Source: Rhina ancylostomus
Taxonomy: Eukaryota
NCBI GenBank assembly: GCA_030265395.1
Contig: JARFYF010000063.1
Coordinates: 60,819,695-60,883,694, forward strand
Reading direction: 5' to 3'
Length of the DNA: 64,000 nucleotides
In this document: in pieces, positions 13,762 through 26,683 of the stretch
Numbering within the stretch: the first letter of the stretch is position 1
Layout of the letters: each line of letters begins with the position of its first letter
Notes under the pieces: model-generated
Told to the model about the DNA's origin: nothing
Seen by the model: only the letters and a program-made list of their open reading frames with translations
Databases searched by the model: none
Translations under genes and position numbers: made by a program

Positions 13762-14560
13762 CCTGAGCTAGTCCCATTTGCCTGCATTTGGCCCATATCA
13801 CTCTAAACCTTTCCTATTTGTGTATCTGTCCAAATGTCTTTAAAGTGTTTTAATTGTACTTGCCTTGACCACATCGATGGCAGTTCATTCCATGTACCCA
13901 TCACCCACTGTGTGAAAACCTTGCTCTTCAGATCTTTAAGTATTTCCCCTTTCATTTTAAACCTATGCCTTCTCATATTAGATTCCCCTACCCTGGGAAA
14001 AAGACTGACTAATCCACCTTATCTATGCCCCTCATAATTTTGTAAACCTCAAGTCACCCATCAGTCACCTCTGCTCCAGGGAAAATAGTGGCAGCCAATC
14101 CATTCTCTCCTTGTGACTCAAGCCCTCCAGTCCTGCAACGTCATTGTGATTCTTTCTACTTAATCACATCCTTCCTACAGAATGCCAACCAGACCTGCAA
14201 ACAATACTCTAGGTGCAGTCTCACCAACATCATGTACAGCTGTAACAAGACATCCCAACTCTTGTACTCAGTGGCCCGACTGAAGGCCACCATGCCATAT
14301 GCTGCCATCACCACCCTGTGTCAGCTCCTTCAGGGAATTATGTACTTGTATCCCTAGGTCTTCTTGTTCAACAAGACTCCACTGGAAACTTCCCAAAATG
14401 CATCACCTCACACTTTTCTGAGATAAATTCCATCTGCCATTCCATTGCCTACTTTCCCAGTTGGTCAACATCCTGTTGTAATCTTGGATAACCTTCTTCA
14501 CTGTCTTCTACACCACAAATTTTGGTGTCATCTGCAAATTTGTTAATCATGTCACCTGTT
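13762..14560 (-). mobile_element. CR1 LINE 3' fragment
   Basis: KFADDTKICG...RLQQDVDQLGK RT motif and a typical CR1 3' region. Confidence 0.8.
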
Positions 14561-16714
14561 AATATTTCAAACACAATGTTGACAATGTGCACTGAAGCTT
14601 GATCATTTTCTTCCAAATTTGTATAAATCTTTTTACACCTTGCTTCTGTCAGCAACAGTGTCATCATTGATAATCATCTACAGTTAATATTAAAGCAAAA
14701 AAAAATTGAGTCATTTCATTGATTCTACTTGGTCTTCCTTTTATTTGGTGACCTACAACATTAATTGGCCCTTAGTGTTAAGTGTAATTGTTATTAGCTT
14801 TTGTGTTACAAATTTGACATTTTGAATCAGTACATTGCAAGTATAAAATAAAAATTGCTATGTACATGTAGGACATGTAAATTTATCAACGTAAGCTTGA
14901 GGGGCAAAACGTGTTACATAAAAACAAAGATTACTTGCATGAAATTACATACTGTGTGACTCAGGGTTTAACACATGCAGTGGGATACCTGCAATAGTAT
15001 TGTAACCAATGCAATAATGTTGTCACTTCACGTCTTCTGAAAATGTTAATGAAGATTCTACCATGTTGCCATTTATAATTTTTAAGGTATTTGTGTTGAA
15101 ATTCGTCAGACCTCCATGGTAGTTCACCTCAAGAGTTGAAGGTAAGTTTAGGCAAAATGGGAATTGTGAAGAATTATATCAGAGCAGCAGAGATGTTTTA
15201 GTTGCCATTTTAAAATTAGCAGTTTTGTCATATTGATATTTCACTTTGAATTCACATTATGCATTGCAATTAAGCAATAACATTTCCGGGAATTTAGGAA
15301 TCAGATTGCCTGTTCTAGTGGTTTGGGATGATATATAAGAGCCAATGATGCTACTATTGTTGAAAATGAGTAATAATCCTTCCCTGAACAAACATCACAA
15401 AATGGAGCATTCAACTCACTGCTCTTTGTGAAATCTTGCTGTGCACAATGCAAACAATGGCTCCCCTTTTTGCAGATATGCCAATAAATAAACGATTTGT
15501 TGAAGTGCTATATCAATGACACAATCCTCTCAATGTGTGAGATTGGATAAAATAACATTATAATACAGGTAGAGCTCTAAGGCACCCAAATATTTCATAC
15601 AAAATTTCATACTGATTTATTTCAGCTTAGAACATTATGTTGCCAGCACTGCCAAGAACAATTACTAACTACAATTTGAAATATCCCTTTGCAAAAGCTT
15701 TGTACAAAAAAGCAGAGTACCACAGTGATTCAAATTATCATTCAGGAATGTAGTTTGCAATTGCAGTCCCGATTGCTGATGATTTATTCCAGGCTGTTGT
15801 TGAATTGCTTCACTACCAAATGTCAGCAACTTCCTCATCCTGAATGGGATGAGGAAGTTGCTGACGTTTTTGCAGTAGCTACGTCCTACCAAACTATATT
15901 CACTTACACAAGGCAGGAAAAGACAAGGTGAGACATTGATAAAACATCAAGCAGTCTTTTGATGCCAGGGCATCAATAGGGAGAGCATTCTTTTGTAAGG
16001 AAGAACCAATGGGTGAAAATTCTATGCTGCCAGTGAAGCACATTCTGAATGTGCGAAGTGAAGAGCAATGAATGTCTGAAGGTTCAGATGAAGCCTCTCC
16101 TTCAGTCCAACAATAGGACAGCGGAAGTTTTTCAGCAGTTCCCTCATCTTCCTTCCATCACTGTGATCTTCATGTTTCTTCCTGTTCAGCCAAACGCCCT
16201 TCCCCAGATCATCTCTATATCACTCTCCAATGGAGTGAGAAGGTAGCTCCTCCTGCCACATGGAAAGGGTAAGCAGACTAGCAGAGATGGAATAGGGAAA
16301 GATAGAGAATTACAACTGGGTTTATGGGGGTGGGGGGTTGGGGGTTGCATGAAAACCAGAATATGGGAAGATATTGTAATTGGGTAAGATAGAGTTAGGT
16401 TAGAGAAGGTTCATTCGGAATATTGACACCAGCAGAAAATATATAGATTTTGGTCTTTCAACGTAATCAAGTCATGACAGAGGCTGAAAGTTCAGACTCG
16501 GTGATTCTCACTCTGATTTCTCTCTGTTGAAGAAAACATACCTGCACTGATTTTTGGAGGCTCTAAGTTTGGACCAGCTGCAATGCTCCTGCATGAACTG
16601 CACTTACTTAGACAGGAAAATAGCCAAGTCCCATAGAATGGTCCTATGTAAGTCTTTACCTTTGAGAGCGAAAGTTGGAAAACATTTGAATCGAGCAGTG
16701 AATGTATACCTTAC

Positions 16715-16822
16715 CTCTTCCAGTTTTTCAATATGCCTGACTAGTGTCGTTGTTATGGAGTGCAACTTTAAAAGGTCCAATCCAAAGATGGTGTCTTCTA
16801 ATAGATCCATCACTGATGAGAG
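16715..16822 (-). CDS. OLFML2B: OLFML2B-like coding exon 3 (coiled-coil region)
   Basis: Pyrimidine tract plus CAG acceptor, 108 nt, [36 protein letters not shown] (OLFML2B '[36 protein letters not shown]'). Donor GAG|GTAAGG. Confidence 0.93.
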
Positions 16823-17344
16823 CTGCAGACAAAATGGAAACACATTGGAACAATATTTAATGAAAAATATAAATCACAGGTCTCCTTCTCAAAACGATAC
16901 AATCACACACCAGCCTGGAGACAAACTGGACTCAAGTGAAAATGACTATCCCACTTATCACCACCAACAACATGTACTAAAAGATAATGTGGTAATAGTA
17001 CTTATTTAATGGTAAAAATACAAAATATTACAACTGAGCTTCTTCAGTAATAATTATAAGGTTGTTAGGGTTCCATGGAAGTAGAATAGTTAAAATCAGG
17101 GTGGCTGTCTGACTGGTTGCGTTGAACGGAGTAGTGTTTGACCCTTCATGTATCCGCATGGAGGATGTAATCTATGCCAATGCTGAGATCAAAGTGTTGC
17201 CCTGAGCTCTTGTCCTTCCGACAAAACACCATGTTGGTCATGGCAAGACCATGTTCCAAGCACTGCATCAAGAGGACTCCTGTTGGAATTAACTTCCTTT
17301 ATTCCTTCCATGCTAATTGCACTTTACCCGAGGTTTGTATCCTT

Positions 17345-17770
17345 TCTGATTGACGGGGATGTTGCCAGGACTGGAAAACATTAGCAATAAGGAAAGTTTG
17401 GAAAGGCTAGGATTGATTTAATTGGAAAAGTTGGAGGCTAAGGTAAGTTTTAATTAAACTGTATAAAATAATGAAGGACCTAGACTGGATAAATAGGTAG
17501 GATCTATTTTCCTTAGCGGTATGGTCAAAAAGCAGGGCAGATAGATTTAAAATATTTGGTTGAATGAGTAGGAGAGAGGTGAAAGAGATGTGGAACTCAC
17601 TATCCAACAAGGTAATAGAGGCAGCAACCTTCATCACATTAAAAAGTAAGTTGGATGTGTAATCAAAGAAATGTGAGATCAAGGGACACAGTCTTGGAAT
17701 GTGGGATCAGTCTGGGTGGCTCATTTCTTCAGCCAACTCAGACACAATAGGCCGAAAGGATGCTTCTAAC
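17345..17770 (+). mobile_element. CR1 LINE 3' fragment
   Basis: Degenerate 'MLPGLE...ERLG...LEK.RLR..LIK.YKIMKDLD' and a CR1 3' UTR. Confidence 0.7.
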
Positions 17771-18315
17771 TTTTTTTCCTTCTATCTTTCCCTCTGTTTT
17801 CTTCTTGTTCTTGTCCTTTTTTCTTTTCCACTTTCCTTTTTATTTTCTGAGGCATCAACGTTGCAGATACCACGTCCCCATAATGTTGCAAAATCCACCA
17901 GTTTACAATGTGAAGCGGATTTCACATCATCAGCAAATAACCTGTGTGAGCTCAGTTCAATTTTAACCACACATAATTGTGAATTAGAACATCATTTTCT
18001 GGTTGCTAAACATTCATGATGACTGAAGAGGTCCATACAGGTCAGTAAATGAAGTGACTCATTGCTGACCTCTATTGGTAATCCATGGGTTTGGGCTATA
18101 TCTAAACAGAGAATTTGGTGGCTGTTGCCTCTAGAGGCATGTTTGTTGTTACACACAAGATATGGGTGTTGCTAACAAGGCCAGTCCCTAATTTCCCTCG
18201 AAGATCATGGTGAATTGCTATCTGCTGAACTCTAATGGTGAAAGTACTACAACAATGCTGTCATATGGGAAGTTTCCAGGATTGTGATCCAGTGACAATG
18301 AAAGCTGGCAGAATT

Positions 18316-18420
18316 GCAATCTGATGAAAGGTCATCAACCTGAAACATTACCACTGAGTTCCTCCAGCAGTTTCTTTTTTGTTCCAGATTACAGCATCTG
18401 CAGTCTTTTGTGTTTTCAGT
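18316..18420 (+). mobile_element. Penelope-like terminal repeat with the best-preserved hammerhead core
   Basis: CTGATGA-A-AGGT-CATCA-ACCT-GAAA-CATTA at 18321-18350, then the family tail. Confidence 0.6.
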
Positions 18421-19469
18421 TAATCTGGCTGCACCTTGCAAAAGCCATGAAGAAGTGAATCTCTGCTGCTCATGGAATATTGAAGATCAGTTAATTTAAA
18501 ATTAGGGGACAAGTTGTCATTACTGAGCTCTAAAAAACCAAAGAGGGATCAGTACATGGCTGTCACCCTGGTTTGCTGTATCCCAGCAATGGTAAATTTG
18601 CAAGCATTTGGAACTCTGATTTACAAAGATTGGCTCACTGATCTTACTGGGTTATTATTGAACAAGGTTGTAAGGAGACTTGATCTAGGTTCTAAAATTC
18701 CAAGACAAATGGACAACATAGATGTAAGTAGGTTTTAAAATTGGACTTGGAACATAAGAGTTATGGAACAGAAACTTAACATCAAAGGGAGTCTATGAAG
18801 ACAGAATTTAAAGGGATTTCCTCAATGGGTAACTGGCTTATTGACACTGTCCCTCGTGAAGGCAATCAATGCTCTGTCAGAGTATCATCCCTTTTGAAAG
18901 GAACTGGGGGATTATTATTTTCTAGGCTAACTGCTGAAATGGTTCAAATATTGATAAAAATGTATGTGAGAAATTATACAGCATGTTGCTGTGTTGGTTA
19001 TTTTTAATGGTGGGAGGAAGACGATTAGCTAAAACTTTGTGAAACCTTTCCTTGGGATTACAGGGAATGGGTGAAGTGCACTGATGTTTCCAATTCTGTA
19101 ATGATTTTTCACAATGGAAAAACAATTTAAAGAAAACATTTACCTCAGTGAAATTTAATTCTTAATTTATTCTGAAACATTAAATATTAGGTTAAAAGGA
19201 ACATCTCGCTTGCTGCAAGTTTTGATGAGTACAACTGTCAACACAGAGAACTATGACCTCCCACTTCTCTTCTTCCAAATGGCAAAAGTTTATTGGTGAT
19301 TTCTGCCTTTAAATCGTTTGTTATTTTCCATCTTAATTTCATCTGTCAAATTAAGCCAAATCCCATGTGTTTGTTTAGCTGGTAATAAGGATGTCAGTGC
19401 ACTTTTTGATGAAGAGCAAGTGAGTTCTCCACCTTCTATCCTATTCTAACATCAACAACACATCTATTC

Positions 19470-20408
19470 TCAACAACTCCTCGCTAACAATCAACCCAGG
19501 CGCACCTCAAGGATGCGTGCTTAGCCCACTGCTCTACTCACTCTGCACTCATGANNNNNNNNNNNNNNNNNNNNNNNNNNNNNNNNNNNNNNNNNNNNNN
19601 NNNNNNNNNNNNNNNNNNNNNNNNNNNNNNNNNNNNNNNNNNNNNNNNNNNNNNNNNNNNNNNNNNNNNNNNNNNNNNNNNNNNNNNNNNNNNNNNNNNN
19701 NNNNNNNNNNNNNNNNNNNNNNNNNNNNNNNNNNNNNNNNNNNNNNNNNNNNNNNNNNNNNNNNNNNNNNNNNNNNNNNNNNNNNNNNNNNNNNNNNNNN
19801 NNNNNNNNNNNNNNNNNNNNNNNNNNNNNNNNNNNNNNNNNNNNNNNNNNNNNNNNNNNNNNNNNNNNNNNNNNNNNNNNNNNNNNNNNNNNNNNNNNNN
19901 NNNNNNNNNNNNNNNNNNNNNNNNNNNNNNNNNNNNNNNNNNNNNNNNNNNNNNNNNNNNNNNNNNNNNNNNNNNNNNNNNNNNNNNNNNNNNNNNNNNN
20001 NNNNNNNNNNNNNNNNNNNNNNNNNNNNNNNNNNNNNNNNNNNNNNNNNNNNNNNNNNNNNNNNNNNNNNNNNNNNNNNNNNNNNNNNNNNNNNNNNNNN
20101 NNNNNNNNNNNNNNNNNNNNNNNNNNNNNNNNNNNNNNNNNNNNNNNNNNNNNNNNNNNNNNNNNNNNNNNNNNNNNNNNNNNNNNNNNNNNNNNNNNNN
20201 NNNNNNNNNNNNNNNNNNNNNNNNNNNNNNNNNNNNNNNNNNNNNNNNNNNNNNNNNNNNNNNNNNNNNNNNNNNNNNNNNNNNNNNNNNNNNNNNNNNN
20301 NNNNNNNTTGTAACTTATAGTAATTTTTATGCCTTGCACTGTACTGCTGCCACAAAACAACAAATTTTACTACATATGTCAGTGATAATATACCTGATTC
20401 TGATCTAT
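19470..20408 (+). mobile_element. Rex/Babar-type LINE (mostly gap)
   Basis: 'GAPQGCVLSPLLYSLCTH' before the gap and a 3' end with (CTGATT)n tail after it. Confidence 0.7.
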
Positions 20409-20869
20409 TGGCCATTCATCTCACAACTATTTGTGACGCCTTGCTGTGCATTAAATGGCAATCATCTTCCCTCAATGTAATGACAATAAATATGCAAAGT
20501 CATTTACTGCACAAGAAGAGCAGTGGGATGTTTCTGAAATGGTGTTTCAGTAATTCAGTGTTTTTCTTTTCTCCTTTTGTGTTCCCTGGATTATTCTCCC
20601 AGCTCTCATGATAGCAACAATTTCTTAATTTTGTCCTCCATTTAAATAACATTAAAAATGTTCTTGGTTTATATTGGTGCTAATGACTATCTCATTTAAG
20701 TGGCTGCTGAAACAATACTAACCCCAGATCTGTCCATTTAATATCATAGTCAATCTATTCTTGAATTCAGAAGAATTCACTTCATCATTATGCAACAAGA
20801 GCACACTATCAGAAGTAAGGCCTAGCCTGATTATCTCCAGAGAACCTACATACCCAGCACAAAGTGGTG

Positions 20870-21680
20870 GGATGACAGGTAGGTAAGTGGATTGTAAAGA
20901 GGACATTAAAGAGGCTACAAAGAGATGTAGACAGGTTAAATGAGTAGGCAAAGACCTGGCACATGGGGAGTCGATATGGAAAAATGTGAAATTGCCCATT
21001 TTGGCAGAAAAAAATAGAAAAGCATATTCTCAAAATGATGAGAGATTGCTGAACTCCAAAATGCAAAAGGACTGAGGTGTCCAAGTGCATGATTCGACAA
21101 AAGGCTGGTATTCAGGTACAGCAAGTAATTTAAAAAGCTAATAATGTTATTGTTTTTTCACAAGGGGAAATTCCATTCAAAGGTAGGAAAGTTATGCTTC
21201 AGTTATAGAGGACATTGGAACACTATGTACAGTATTAGTCTCCTTATTTAAGGAAGGGCATTTGTGCATTGCAAGCAACTCAGTAAAAGCATGGACAGAC
21301 TAGGCTTGGATTTGTTGGAGTTTAGAAAAGTCAGAAGCGACTTGATTGAAATGTACAAGATCCTGAGGGGTTTTGTCAAAGTGGACGTGGAGGGGATGTT
21401 TGCTCTCATGGGAGAATGTATAACTATTGGTCACTGTTTAAGAATAAAGAGATGTCCATTTCTGACTTCTTACAGGCATCTTAAATTGTGCCCATAAGGA
21501 TTCTTAATGGGCTTCTTATGGACATCCATTAAAACTTTGTATATTTTTAAGGAAGAGGTAGATACATGATAATCAAGACGGTGAAAGGTTACCACAGGTA
21601 GAAAGGAATGTGGTTACAATCTGAAGAGCTGTCATCTTATTAAATGCCAGGGCTATCTAGAGAGGCCACATTTCTTGTTT
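20870..21680 (+). mobile_element. CR1 LINE RT/3' fragment
   Basis: 'RLQRDVDRL.E.AK.W' and 'MDRLGLDLLEFRKVRSDLIEMYKILRG'. Confidence 0.8.
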
Positions 21681-21699
21681 TTACTTATGACATACAAGG

Positions 21700-22025
21700 G
21701 GACTCAGCGTCTTGTTGAGTCTATGACAGCTCTCAGAACAACTTCAATCCTATTTCCTCCTCTTCTTTCCCTGTAACCTATTCTCACTCACATGTTCATC
21801 ATCTCCACCCTGATTCTTCTACCACCCATCTACATACGAGGGACAATCTGGAGAGGCCAATTAACCAGCACTTCTTTGGGATGAAACCGAAGCATCGGTG
21901 GAAACCCACATGGTCACAGGGAGAATGTCTAAGCTGCACACTGACAACACCCAAGGTCAGCATCAGACCTGGGGCCGCTGGAACTGTGAGGTAGCAACAA
22001 CATCTGCTGCATCACCATGCCACCC
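21700..22025 (-). mobile_element. V-SINE (HE1-like tRNA-derived SINE)
   Basis: Reverse strand has a tRNA-like head GGGTGGCATGGTG... and V-domain ...CATTCTCCCTGTGACCATGTGGGTTTCCACCGATGCTTCGGTTTC. Confidence 0.75.
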
Positions 22026-23197
22026 AGACAGCATAATCCTGCTTCTAATTTGTACGTTTATATGCACCCAGTCTCAATGAAACAAGCTTTCCCAATGTGA
22101 CAGTAAGGGACAAAGAGTGTGGGGGAAAGTTGGAGCCATACAGCAATAACTTGTTCAATGAGCTGTTTCACATTTTGAATGATTGAATCAGCATCCACCT
22201 GTGGATCTGGATGAACGTTAGTGTAGAGTTTATCAAGTGCAACAAATGCTTTGGCCCTAATTTTGGAAGATCACCATTTTATTCCATTTGCCATGCCATT
22301 TATCTCCATGGGTTCCTAACAGATGCCTAAGTAAACACAGTTTTGTGAGTATGGTGTTTGGTTGAGATTAGGTCACCAAGGTTAGGTTAGATACGAAAGC
22401 ACAGTGGGTAACATCACTCCAGCATCCAGTTCCAAACCCCAGGCCTGGTCAAAACATTATTATGAAGGTTAAGGTGCAATTAATCACTGGGTAAACAGCA
22501 ATTGATCTTTCAGGTTCAAAAGCTTCAGACAACCATGATATACTTCTCTTTTGAGAGAGCCATTTTCTGTGAACCTCTTACCTATCTTGGAATCAGGATA
22601 TCATCTTGATTGCAGTGTTATATCTGGCCTTGCTTCAGACAAATTGGCTGAAAGCCAGGGTTTTTTTTCTAGCATCTTACAGTACCCCAAATTCTTGGAA
22701 GACTCCATAAGCTTCCCCAAGGCAAAATCAAAAGGATGACTAATATCTTTCAGTTGGTGACACACAGCAAAATCAAAAAAGGAAGAAAAAGAACTCCAGT
22801 TGAATGGCTTCCAACAACAAAAGGCTTTTGCAGCTGTCAAAGTGCAAGTAAAATACAAGGATGCCAGAGAATGAAACACCCCTATGCACAGTTCCAGAGT
22901 GTGTCTGATTGGACTTTGTTCATGTTTCCAGACTCCAAAATACATAATTAGAACTGACGGAAGGATTGTGGTTGGATTTATAGAGGCCTTTCTCAGCGGT
23001 TCCTGAGAAATTAGTCTACTTTGTGGCCATACCAACTATACTAGCTAACTGCTCCTTTTGCTTACTGCATTTACTATGCCTTTTCCTTCTGTATTTCCCT
23101 CTTCTGAAGAAGATAACCATTGAATTAATGCCCACAAACACTCCTCATGTGATGCTGACACAGCATTGCTCTTGTTAGGGGAATAATTGGGTGTAAG

Positions 23198-23550
23198 TGT
23201 CACAATGTTGATCCAGAGCAAACTCACAGAGAACCCAAATGCAGCACACTGATACAAGACTGGAGTCAGNNNNNNNNNNNNNNNNNNNNNNNNNNNNNNN
23301 NNNNNNNNNNNNNNNNNNNNNNNNNNNNNNNNNNNNNNNNNNNNNNNNNNNNNNNNNNNNNNNNNNNNNACCTAAAGGTAGACCAATACTCTGGCAACTA
23401 GTGCCAGAGAACCACAGGTACTTATGCTAGGCCCCTGATGGGGCTCAGGTGTGTATTGTTATGCAATCAGTCCAACATGTAATCCATGTGCTGGACAACA
23501 AGGCATCATCAAAGGAGCCAAATTGAGGGCCAGAACTCAGAACCATGACA
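23198..23550. mobile_element. Solo LTR with 5-bp target site duplication
   Basis: Termini TGTCA...TGACA flanked by GTAAG at 23193-23197 and 23551-23555. Internal 100-N gap. Its end is nearly identical to 47352-47418. Confidence 0.75.
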
Positions 23551-25779
23551 GTAAGGGCTTTCTTGACCACGGGAGCATCATATTGCACTTCAAAAGTCAT
23601 GACTTGGAGCAGGAGTTCCAACAGTTTGTTTTCTATCCCATTTCAGGGGTGCTTTGTCAACTGTGGTAATAATAATCACTGTCCCAGCAGAGACCAGTTC
23701 TCTTAGCAGAGAGTCCAGCACCTTCCAATTCAGTTTCATCCTGGACAACACATTGACAAACTGAAGCCACTGAAACATTTGATTAACAACATCCCAGGGA
23801 AAGTGTTACAGTGAATGCCTAATATTAAAAATGAATTGGCAGGCAGATCAGTCTGAGCTTCCAATTCTGGAAATAGATCTCACTAAGGTCTGGGTGTAGA
23901 TTACAATAACTAGGAATAAATAGTTCTTTTTCAATCACCTGAACTTTTACTTCCTCCAAAAAATTGATCAGAAATCTTTTCATAACAGGTTTGCATAGCT
24001 GTATTTGATTTGCATGTCTGGGGCAGATTTTGATTTCTGGACTGCTCAACTTGTAAACCTGGACATAAGAACTTAAAGGCAATTTCACATTTTAGTTCGT
24101 GCTGTACCTGTTCTGGCACCATCATGTCAGGTCTTTATTTCATATAGTTAGGCTTGGATTTATTACGTTCAAGTTTTTAAAGACTTGGTCCTTCACACCA
24201 AAGGCAACGGTCACAGATCAGACATGATTGCACCTACACCATATATAAACAGTGTTATGCATCAAAAAACAAACTGCTGGAGGAACTCCACTGGTTGAGC
24301 AGTATCTGATGAGAAAAAGGAATTGTTGACGTTCCAAGTCAAGACCCTACATCAGGTCTCAAGCCTAAACATCAACAATTCCTTCCACCACCCACAATCC
24401 CCACCACCCCACAAGAGTGCCTTAAGAGACACTTAACAATCTTTTGCAAAGTCAGAGGCAAGGTTGTCCATCCTGTTCAGTTCCTCAATCAAATTTGGCA
24501 TCATTGGACTGCATCAAAGTGATTATTCCAAGAATTCCTGAATGTATTTTACAGTTTATCCTTAACAATCAGCTGACCAATTACACTGAGGTATAATTTT
24601 AATCCTCCTGATGTGAAGAGGACATATTCAAAGAAGCTTCTAAAAGATACTTTGGAAGGCACAGAGGGCATCTGATCCAACAGTTCTAATGGATGCTTTC
24701 TGTCTGGACACATTCCCTCAGGGAAAGAAGAGCAAAGTGAACTTTCATCCATCTTTCTTCAATTGCAGCAAAACTCTAGTTCAGGTTAAGCTTATAACAT
24801 TTCCATACAAATCTCTTCAGAGGTTTAGAACTCCTAGGCATACAATAGAATGATTATCTCAATACTGAAAGATTGTCTGTGTGGTAATGTTTACTCCACC
24901 CTGAAAAACTTCCCACCTATGTAATATAATTTCACTTGAGTGATGCAATTCATCTCTGTATTAAGTAACTCTTCCTCTCACCTTCCCCACATGAGATCAT
25001 GCAAACCTCTGTATACTAATCCTTTCACTTGTGATGTAACTCTTACCCATGTACAAGGCAATTATTCATCAATCTGAGAAACCTTCAACTTCTATATTAT
25101 ACTGAAACTCTCATCAGTCCTCCCTCAACCCCAACCCACCTTAAGTCAGTTTCCATTCTGTACTATGCAAGTCTTCTTCCATGTAAAATGACCACCACTA
25201 CATTCTGGGTTATCACTGTTTCCAAGTATTTGGTGATCTCCCCATCCCATGTAAAGTTTCACATCCCTCCACCACATCCCAGCACAGGGATCTCTGCTGA
25301 GCAAGACTCCTCCAGCAATCTGATCTTTGTTTTAATCGTGACAGAATTGCAGGCATACATTTTTGTGAACTTGATGTGGGTTTTCAATAAGGGAGCTGGC
25401 CTTTTTTTCACAAATGGAGACGTTCACTGGTCTCGGGCTGTAACTAATGAGGGCGTATGGTTTTGGCATTCTTCTACAGGAATAAGATGTAATTATAAGC
25501 TCAGCAAATTAATGCTTGGGTGAGTTCATCACTGTCACTCAGCTAATCTTAAAAGCCAACATCCTCAGTGTAAAATTGCAGCCATTTATAACTAACTCTA
25601 CGTCATGCAGTAAGGGTTGAAATTAATTACAAAGTTCACGGCTCCAGCTTAGTGTTCTTACAACATGTAAACTTTAAGGACTTTTTTTCCAGAGAATGTG
25701 GTAAGATGTGAGCAAGAGGCATCAGTGACTAATTAACTGGATAATGGTGAACTGTGACTCTGCCGCACTGCCGAAACCC

Positions 25780-26260
25780 TCATCAGTACCTCCATTAGCT
25801 GTGGACTTGCGACTAGAAAACACTCATGGTCCTGACTCCCATCTTTCAGCTTCCATAAACTTGAGGTGATCCAGAACTCTGCTCCCTTTTTCCAAATTGT
25901 TTCATCCCATTCATCATTCTGTCCTGTGCCAATTGACCTACATTGGCTCCTGGTTACGCAACTCCTTTTTGAAATCCTCAGACTTGTTTTCAAGTGTATC
26001 TGTGGCCTTGCCCATGATTATCTGCACCCTGCAATCCACCACTGGTGGACATCATCTTAGCTGTTGATATCCTGTGCTTTGGAGTTACCTTATCTTCCCT
26101 CTTTCTCTTCTTTGATTTAAGATACTCTTTAAACATTCCCTTTCAATCTCGCATTTGCTCATCATCTAACATTTGTACACATGATTTGCAGTCAGGTTCT
26201 GTTTGATTGTTCTCTTGTGAGACATTTTGAAATATTTTGCTGCAGTAAAGGAACAACAGA
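25780..26260 (+). mobile_element. Old L2-like LINE 3' fragment
   Basis: 'L.VIQNSA...HSSFCPVPIDLHWLLV.QL.FEIL.LVFK' (L2 'LHWLP' region). Similar pieces at about 270-480 and 11700-12200. Confidence 0.55.
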
Positions 26261-26377
26261 AACGTATCTTGTTTTATATGGTGGTCTCCGGCCCCGTGCA
26301 TCTTATTGGAAGCAGTGCGTGTGACAGGATATGAGAGTGTATTGTGTGGCAGTGATCAGTGAGTTTGTCAACAGTGG

Positions 26378-26683
26378 TACAGGTCTTCCCCAGGTTATGA
26401 ACACCCGACTTATGGACACCCCGTACATACGACCGAGTGGGATGGATGGGAATGAATTGCCAGCTGCTGGGGGCTGCATCCTGTTGGAACCAGGTATTTC
26501 CGTGTGCCTTCTCTCCCACCCTCCCCCACGAACAGATCTGCTCAGAGCTCCCAGGTGTGTCAGTGAGGGCGGCTGGCGGCCGCTCTCCCTGCGCCTGACC
26601 GCTCTCCCGTCACTGCTGCTTCTGCGATCCTCTCCCACTGTATGTTCATTTCCGATTTATGAACAGTTCGGGGTTACAGACAG
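26378..26683. mobile_element. Tigger/pogo-like DNA transposon or MITE (right end in gap)
   Basis: TA followed by CAGGTCTTCCCCAGGTTATGAACACCCGACTTATGGACACCCCGTACATACGA. A related subterminal CCGATTTATGAACAGTTCGGGGTTAC lies just before the gap. Confidence 0.55.

Noticed and set aside
19517-20480. Long ORFs containing X (also at about 10, 27, 47, 60 and 61 kb)
   Set aside because: Artefacts of translating N gaps.
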